From Candidatus Hadarchaeales archaeon (GTDB lineage: Archaea; Hadarchaeota; Hadarchaeia; Hadarchaeales; Hadarchaeaceae): 10,428 bases of DNA. The stretch covers positions 1 through 10,428 of the forward strand of contig JAVZGN010000028.1 in the NCBI GenBank assembly GCA_038872135.1. The letters run 5' to 3'. Of the stretch, positions 1 to 5,800 are shown piece after piece. Both the position numbers and the translations under genes were made by a program. Every line of letters begins with the position of its first letter. Position 1 is the stretch's first letter. The notes below the pieces were generated by a model. That model did not search any database. It saw only the letters and a list, made by a program, of their open reading frames with translations, and was not told the origin of the DNA.

Positions 1-1
1 G

Positions 2-24
2 AAATGGGAAACGGCCCCATTTTT
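2..24. other. Short inverted repeat AAATGGG-7nt-CCCATTT running into a short T-run; possible terminator of an upstream gene outside the window
   Basis: 2-8 AAATGGG is the reverse complement of 16-22 CCCATTT, and T20-T24 follows. The upstream context is cut off, so function cannot be judged. Confidence 0.2.
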
Positions 25-66
25 CTCCACAACTATGTATTACTGGACAAAATTCTTTTGCCCCAC

Positions 67-81
67 CACAAATCTTTTATG
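67..81 (+). promoter_or_regulatory. Putative archaeal BRE/TATA promoter for the deoxyhypusine synthase gene
   Basis: cacAAAT-cTTTTATg: an A-rich element followed by TTTTAT (75-80), about 29 nt upstream of the ATG at 109. This spacing fits a short-leader or leaderless archaeal mRNA. Confidence 0.4.
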
Positions 82-108
82 TGGGTTGAGCAAAGACAAA
101 AAGGTTTT

Positions 109-1134
109 ATGAGAAAGACACCCTACTTCCAGAAAAAAGTGAAGGCGATAGAGGTCAGAAAAAAATCGATTTCACAGCTCCTCGCGGAGATGGCAGACAC
201 AGGGTTCCAGGGAAGGAAGCTGGGAGAAGTTGCAGAAATCTGGGAGAAGATGATCAGGGAAAAAGATCTCACGATTTTCATGGGTCTCACCGGTTCCATG
301 AGCACAACGGGGATGTGGAAGATCATCTGCTGGCTGATCGAAAACAGATACATAGATGTTCTCGTTTCCACCGGAGCAAACATTTCCGAGGATATCTTGG
401 ACGCCATGGGAGCAGGCTACTGGAAGGGCAGCCATTTGGTCGACGATGCAGATCTTCTGAAGCACAAGATCGACCGCTTTTACGATGTTTTCGCCGATGA
501 ACTCGAGTACAGGAAGATGGAGGAGTTGATCAGGAAGTTTGTCACAACTCTAGATGAGGAAAAAATTTTCTCCTCGGCCGAGTTCCTCTACAGGTTTGGG
601 GAGTTCCTCCACAAGCGGGGACTCAAATGCATAGTTTCAACAGCCTACAAGCATGGGGTGCCGATCTACTCCCCGGCGATGGCCGACAGCGGCTATGGGG
701 TAGCGATGGCCACAGGCACAGTAAAGGATGGGAAGAAGGTGGTGATAGACCAGGTGAGAGATTTTGTCGAGCTGCTGGAGATAGGAAAGCATGCTAAGAA
801 AACTGGAGTAATTTATATCGGCGGAGGGGTTCCAAAGGACACCATTCAGCTTGTGGCAGTGATGCTGGATCTCGTGAGGGGAGGAGAGACTCCCTATCCC
901 CACGACTATGCGATTCAGATAACCACAGATTCCCCCCAGTGGGGCGGTTTGAGTGGCTGCACCCTGGAGGAGGCGATCAGCTGGGGTAAGATCTCAGCGA
1001 CAGGAAAGAGGGCAACCTGCTACTGTGATGCCACAATTGCCCTGCCAATAGTTTCCCACGCCCTCAACGAGAGGATTGGCAAGCCGAGGAAAGGCAGAGA
1101 TTTCTCCTGGTTATTCGAAAAATTCTCCAGCTGA
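109..1134 (+). CDS. dys: Deoxyhypusine synthase family protein (DHS / DHS-like, NAD-dependent aminobutyl transferase), 341 aa
   Basis: Family motifs in the expected order: GFQGRKLG, IFMGLTGSM, DVLVSTGANISED, RFYDVF, VPIYSPAMADS, YIGGGVPK, YAIQITTD, GGLSGCTLEEAISWGK (catalytic Lys codon 988-990) and CDATIALP. I moved the start from the ORF-track ATG at 4 to the ATG at 109, because the first 35 codons overlap an AT-rich promoter-like region and AAGGT (101-105) precedes 109. Confidence 0.93.
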   Translation: MRKTPYFQKKVKAIEVRKKSISQLLAEMADTGFQGRKLGEVAEIWEKMIREKDLTIFMGLTGSMSTTGMWKIICWLIENRYIDVLVSTGANISEDILDAMGAGYWKGSHLVDDADLLKHKIDRFYDVFADELEYRKMEELIRKFVTTLDEEKIFSSAEFLYRFGEFLHKRGLKCIVSTAYKHGVPIYSPAMADSGYGVAMATGTVKDGKKVVIDQVRDFVELLEIGKHAKKTGVIYIGGGVPKDTIQLVAVMLDLVRGGETPYPHDYAIQITTDSPQWGGLSGCTLEEAISWGKISATGKRATCYCDATIALPIVSHALNERIGKPRKGRDFSWLFEKFSS

Positions 1135-1136
1135 TT

Positions 1137-1412
1137 TTAACTTTCCGCCGCTTTCATGATTGCTTCAACCCAATGCTCTGGCAATACCATCGGTGTTTGA
1201 GCATCAGTTTTCCTGTAAAACTCTTTTATCTTTTCCATGATTTTTTCTCTCGTGATTTCCGTCCCGACCAGCATTTTTTCCATTTCTTCCAGGGCCTCTT
1301 CAGGGTACATGAAGAAATCCCCGCTGATCGATAGCCTAGAAATTTTGTCCCCTTCCCTCTCAAGGGCAACTTTGATCACACCCTTTGGAGCTTTCACCTC
1401 AGCAAATCCCAT
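1137..1412 (-). CDS. lplB: Standalone lipoate-protein ligase C-terminal domain (LplB-like accessory subunit), 91 aa
   Basis: The signature KAPKG-VIKV...GDKI..LSISGDFFMYPEEALEEMEKMLVG matches the LplA C-terminal domain pattern (K..G.I.V....g.I....I.GDFF..P...l..lE..L.G). The size fits the split archaeal LplA/LplB arrangement, and the SD GGGTGAT lies 4 nt upstream. Confidence 0.88.
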   Translation of the reverse strand: MGFAEVKAPKGVIKVALEREGDKISRLSISGDFFMYPEEALEEMEKMLVGTEITREKIMEKIKEFYRKTDAQTPMVLPEHWVEAIMKAAES

Positions 1413-1920
1413 TTAGATCACCCAGCTCTTTTTTCCACGCTTCCACCATCTTTTCATCAATATCGCACAGAATTATCTTCTTCAAGTTTTTCAGCTTCGG
1501 CAGAACCTCCTTCAAAGCTTTTACCATGGCCCCCGCTGCATCATCAGGTGAAACACCGCCCACTCCAGTTCCCATCCCGGGAATGGCGAGGCTACTGGCC
1601 TTGAGCCCCTCAGCACATCTCAGGGCAGCGATGGTGGCCCTGTAGACCTTTTCAGGAGTTGTGGCCATCGCCGGCCTTTCCATCGTCGGGGCATGAACAA
1701 CCCATTTTGCCCTGAGCTTTCCAGCAGAAGTGGCGACAGCCTTTCCGACAGGAAGAGGGGCATGCTTCACAGCCTCCCTTTCAACCTCTTCTCCTGCAGC
1801 CCTCTTGATTGCCCCAGCCGCCCCACCCCCCATCACCAGCAGGCTGTTTGCGGGGTTGCAGATAGCCTCAGCCTCAACCTTTGTCAGATCTCCAACCATC
1901 GCCTTTATCTCCACCTTCAT
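1399..1920 (-). CDS. Macrodomain protein (MacroD/AF1521-like ADP-ribose binding or processing), 173 aa
   Basis: The macrodomain motifs GDLT, AICNPANS, MGGGAAGAIKRAAG, PVGKAVATSAGKL.AKWVVHAPT and SLAIPGMGTGVGG occur in canonical order. The 3' end overlaps lplB by 14 nt. Confidence 0.95.
   Translation of the reverse strand: MKVEIKAMVGDLTKVEAEAICNPANSLLVMGGGAAGAIKRAAGEEVEREAVKHAPLPVGKAVATSAGKLRAKWVVHAPTMERPAMATTPEKVYRATIAALRCAEGLKASSLAIPGMGTGVGGVSPDDAAGAMVKALKEVLPKLKNLKKIILCDIDEKMVEAWKKELGDLNGIC
1417..1423 (-). promoter_or_regulatory. Shine-Dalgarno site GGGTGAT for lplB, inside the 3' end of the macrodomain gene
   Basis: The minus strand reads CTGGGTGAT-CTAA-ATG(1412). GGTGAT is complementary to the AUCACC part of the 16S rRNA 3' end. 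Confidence 0.7.
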
Positions 1921-1926
1921 TCTCCC

Positions 1927-1960
1927 AGCAAATTTTGCTTCAGAGCGGTTAAATCATTTT
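1927..1960 (-). promoter_or_regulatory. Possible internal promoter (AAAATGA-TTTAA) plus a 13-bp palindrome upstream of macro-lplB
   Basis: The minus strand has TTTAA at 1953-1949, preceded by AAAA, about 30 nt upstream of the ATG at 1920. The palindrome AGCAAA-N-TTTGCT is at 1927-1939. Confidence 0.3.
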
Positions 1961-2823
1961 GTTGCGATAATTGCCTTCAGGATTCTCGAAACTATCTTCT
2001 CAACCATTTTCAATCTCGCGTTTAGCTCCTCCATCTCTTTCCTCGTCCTCGCATCAAGTTGCTTGACGACTTTCTCCAGCCCTGTCCTCAGCTCATCCAC
2101 CGCGTTCTTGCTTGCGCTCATCTGCTCATGGTAAGTTTTTATCTCGGTGCCCATCTGCTTCACCATTTCGATGTCCCCGGTGAGCTTCGTCAGCTCAGTT
2201 TTTGTCACCGCCTGCTTCACCGTCACATCCATCTGGCTGACATTTTTCGAAAGGGTTCTCAGCTGCTCCTCCAGTGTTCCAACTTTTATCGATAGATCCG
2301 TTACATCCTTGAATCTCCTCTGAAATTCCATGAAGGCAGCCATTACCTTATCAGACATTACCTCCACCTGATCTCTGAGTTGCTGGATCCTGATGATGTT
2401 CTTCCTCGACTCATCGGCCATCCCGAGAATCGCTTCCATCCCCTTGAACTGCGCCAGAGCGTTTCTAAACTCCGAGATTTCCCTCATGAGAGTTTTGATC
2501 ATGTCTTCAACTGTCGTCAGCTTAGCCTTTGTAGCCTCGACCTCCGCATCCCTCCTTATAATCGCCGCCCTGAATTCCTCTGGTTTTATCCCCTCCAGCG
2601 ACATCAAGGCCCTCTCCGCCTTTGCTTTGGTGTCAGCCGCATCCTTCGCCTGGCTGAGGATCATCGACCTGAGCTCCCCTATTTTTTCGCTCAGCATGGT
2701 GAACCTCGTGTCATAGGCTTCCCTGAGGCTTGCAAAGGCAGCCACCTGGGCTTCAATCTGCTCGACCTTCCTCGTTAAATTGGCCAGTGTGGTCTGAAGC
2801 TCTTCACCTTCCTTTTCGGCCAT
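1954..2823 (-). CDS. Uncharacterised soluble, nearly all-helical coiled-coil protein, 289 aa (292 aa if GTG 2832 is used)
   Basis: Heptad-like L/I/V/M periodicity with E/K/Q/R/A enrichment throughout, a single Pro, and no signal peptide or TM segment. The ATG at 2823 has AGGTGA 5 nt upstream. The alternative GTG at 2832 overlaps the upstream stop (GTGA). Confidence 0.85.
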   Translation of the reverse strand: MAEKEGEELQTTLANLTRKVEQIEAQVAAFASLREAYDTRFTMLSEKIGELRSMILSQAKDAADTKAKAERALMSLEGIKPEEFRAAIIRRDAEVEATKAKLTTVEDMIKTLMREISEFRNALAQFKGMEAILGMADESRKNIIRIQQLRDQVEVMSDKVMAAFMEFQRRFKDVTDLSIKVGTLEEQLRTLSKNVSQMDVTVKQAVTKTELTKLTGDIEMVKQMGTEIKTYHEQMSASKNAVDELRTGLEKVVKQLDARTRKEMEELNARLKMVEKIVSRILKAIIATK

Positions 2824-2828
2824 CAACC

Positions 2829-2834
2829 TCACCT
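2829..2834 (-). promoter_or_regulatory. Shine-Dalgarno AGGTGA whose TGA is the stop codon of the giant gene (translational coupling)
   Basis: The minus strand reads GGT-AGG-TGA(stop, 2831-2829)-GGTTG-ATG(2823). Confidence 0.7.
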
Positions 2835-5800
2835 ACCCTTCTTCCCCCCACCATTTTTTCCTTTTGCCTTAGCCTTGGGTGCAGGCTTTTTGGCTGGTTT
2901 TTTCTCTATTTTCACCTTTACCATCTCACCCCTCTCCACCTCCTCCATCTTCTTGACCTCTGCTTCCTCGACGGCTTTCTTTTCTGCTTCCATCTCCTTA
3001 AGGGCATCGGGGTGGATGTCCTCCTTGAGCGGTTTGCTCACCTCCCCAACTTCCACCTCCCTCCTCGGGGCGAGCAGTTCTCTGTAGGCTTCAACTATCT
3101 CCGGTGGGCGCTTAGTTGTGGCGAGCATCCTTTCCCGCTCTTTAATCGCCGCCATCTGCGCCCTCCTGATGTCCTCCTCTGAGATGAGCTCTATCTCTCT
3201 CTTTATTCCCTTCAATCCATGCCTCGCGCAAACATCATCCACCCTGGGCTCAAGGGAATCTAGGTAAGCGTTGACCATGTCGAAGGAAGCCTCTTCAAGC
3301 TTGCGCTGGGCCAAGCCAAGCTCTATCCTGAGGTCAAAGACATCAACTCCCTTCTCCTCAAGCTTCTTCAGCTTGTATTTCACCGTTTCTATCCTGTCAT
3401 CCGCGGCATAGTACTTATCGAGCTCCTCCGGGGAAAGCCTGAAGGTTGAGTGCAGGATGGGCCTGAAGTTCACATAGTAAGGTCTGCCGCGGTTGTAGTC
3501 TGGGTTGACGAGCATAGCATGGCCGATTGCCGCCCTTGAGACAGATTTCACATGCTCCTCCCCATACTTCAGGGCAACCCTCTTCAGCTCGTCTTCTTCT
3601 CTCGTCCAGAACAGGATCTGGGTCCTGCAGTTTGTCTGGATGGTTTCCGAGAAGTCGGCTATTGTTTGTGAGACCATCATTACTCCAATACCCCACTTCC
3701 TGAACTCTCTGACCGCGCGCTCCAGCTGGATGACTCCCGCCCCTGTCCCACCATACTTCGGGAGGAGCCTGTGGCACTCATCGAAGACCAACAGGGTCTT
3801 CAGCCCAGGATATTCCTGTGGACGGGACTCGAAGATAGATTGGATGACATTGGTGACGAAGACATCCAGGTCGCCGGGCTTCAGTCTTTCAATGACGAAG
3901 ACTGTTATCTTTCCTTTCGCCGCTTCACCGATGAGCTCCTTCATATCCAGTTTCTGTCTTGGGTTGGTGATGAGCTTGACAACTCCAGGGAAGCTCCTAG
4001 CGTCACTTTCCTTCAACCCGAATTTTGGATAGTGAGAGAGCATCTTTTTGTCTGTGCATTTGCGGAGGAAGCCTGTCCACTGGGCGGTTGGGTCGAAGAT
4101 TATGGCATTGCAGCCTTTCATCAATGCTTCCTCTACAATTACCATCGAGGAGATAGTCTTTCCACCTCCCGTGGCCCCAGCGGTAATCGTGTGCATGCGG
4201 AGGTCCTCCAGCCTCAACCAAGCATCGCCACCTATCTCTGCCAGCTGTCCAAGCTTGATGGAATCTGGCCCTGGCTTTGGAAGCTCCTCTTGGAAGATTG
4301 TGCCCAGGAAGCGCTTCTTTGCGAGGAGCCTCTTCTTGTAGTACTTGTAGCCGAAGTAGCCAGAGATTCCTGAGGCGATCAGCGCAGCGATCAGGAGGCC
4401 GAACATCCATGGGGAGAGGCCGAGGATGCTGACTCTCTGGCCTGGTTCACCGACTCTTATTGCAGTGCGTCCTCTGACCGTCAGACTCTCTCCATTGATC
4501 GGATACTCTGCGATTGCCAGCAGGGTGTAGTTTCCTTCGAGGGCGTTATCCGGGATGGTGACCGTGAAGTCCATAGTTCTCGAGTCGCCGGCGGGGACTT
4601 TCGTCGTTTTTTCCTGGATGAAGATGTTCTCTCCAGTTGGGGAAACAAGCCACATGGAGACCACAACATCAGAGTCCATCGCCCCCTTGTTTGTCAGGAT
4701 AACCTGTGCTGTTGTGGAACTCCCAGGCTTTATCTGGTCTGGGGCGACGACGCTTACATCGAACATCCCTCTCGCCATCGGCAGGACATATATCGTCACC
4801 GGGACAATCTTGTACACTTCTCCGGTCGTGGAGTTGGTGAACCTGATTTCACCTGTGTTGACGCCAAGCCTTTCGTGGGCGCTGACGGAGAACCTGAAGG
4901 AGAGGTTTGTCACTTCTCTCGGCCCGAGAGTGATAGAATATGTGTATGGGGAGGGCAGGAACTTCTGGATACCAGAACTTATAGATATCTGGATCCCGAG
5001 CGGGGTGAACACTTGGCTGGTGACCTCAAGGGTGGCGTCCGCATACTTCTCCTGGTGGATTTCCAGGACTATGCTCTCCGGCTTGACGGTGATGGGCTGT
5101 TTGGGGACGATGTTTTCTTCTATCATCTTGTAGGCTTCTATGAGCTTCTGGTAGACTGCGTCTAAATCCTGCTTGAGCGCATTTTGGTATTGTTCGAGGT
5201 TGGAGACCCTGTTTGATAGACCGCCGACCTCTCGTGAGATGTTTTCTATCAAACTGGCCAGACCGACCTGGCCAGACTGAATCTGGTTGACGAGGGAGAT
5301 TATGTCGCCGATTACTGTGATTATGTTGTCGATCGTCTGGCGGATGGTGGCTATGGCGGCCGTGGTATTCTCTTGCATCTGAGTGAGCTGCTTCTGCATA
5401 TCGAGGAAGTTCTCCTGAAGTTCCAGCATCTGTTGCTGAATGTCCATCAGGGTCCTAACATTCTCCTGCGTTGCTAGACCGCTCACAATGTTTTCAAGGG
5501 CCCCCGCTGCATTTTCTGCCCTTCCAGCCGCTTCCAGAAGCGCCTGAGCCGACTGCTGCATGCTCTCGACAGCCTGCTGGAACTGGAGGATGACCGATGC
5601 CAGCGGGTCGAACTCCGCAAGGGCATAGGCGGTCACCAAGGAGAAGGTGTTGTCATCAGCCGTAATCGAATACTGGATGATGTCGATGTCATCCTTTTCG
5701 CTGATTTGCACCCAGTCGAACGAGCCCTTTCTGTTTTCATAAATCCAGTTGTCGGAGGCATAGAGTCTGAGGTTCCATATGTCTCCGACCCACCTCATGT

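Noticed and set aside
55-96. Imperfect inverted repeats around the dys TATA box (CCACA 66-70 / TGTGG 80-84)
   Set aside because: The arms are only 5 bp or need bulges, so they cannot be distinguished from chance without comparative data.
4-108. 35-codon N-terminal extension of the DHS ORF (ATG at 4, also ATG at 79)
   Set aside because: It has no DHS-like sequence and overlaps a hairpin and a TATA-like element. The ATG at 109 gives a typical DHS length.
123-903. Short antisense and alternate-frame ORFs inside dys (123..407, 172..465, 315..500, 637..903)
   Set aside because: They are fully nested in a well-supported gene and have no recognisable motifs, so they are shadow ORFs.
1954-2823. SMC/Rad50 or chemoreceptor identity for the coiled-coil protein
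   Set aside because: It has no Walker motifs, hinge or CxxC hook, and no MCP signalling hairpin motif.
1385-3182. Plus-strand ORFs opposite macro, the coiled-coil gene and the giant gene's tail (e.g. 1730..2134, 2393..2716, 2730..3182)
   Set aside because: Their S/F/L-rich, hydrophobic-looking translations are the expected antisense of E/K-rich genes, so the apparent TM segments are artefacts.
3459-4259. Calling the ATPase canonical HerA (DNA repair) or a conjugative VirB4/TraG of a mobile element
   Set aside because: There is no HAS barrel, and no nurA/mre11/rad50, relaxase, integrase, att site or T4SS gene in the window. The domain is fused to a TM helix and ectodomain and flanked by housekeeping-type genes.
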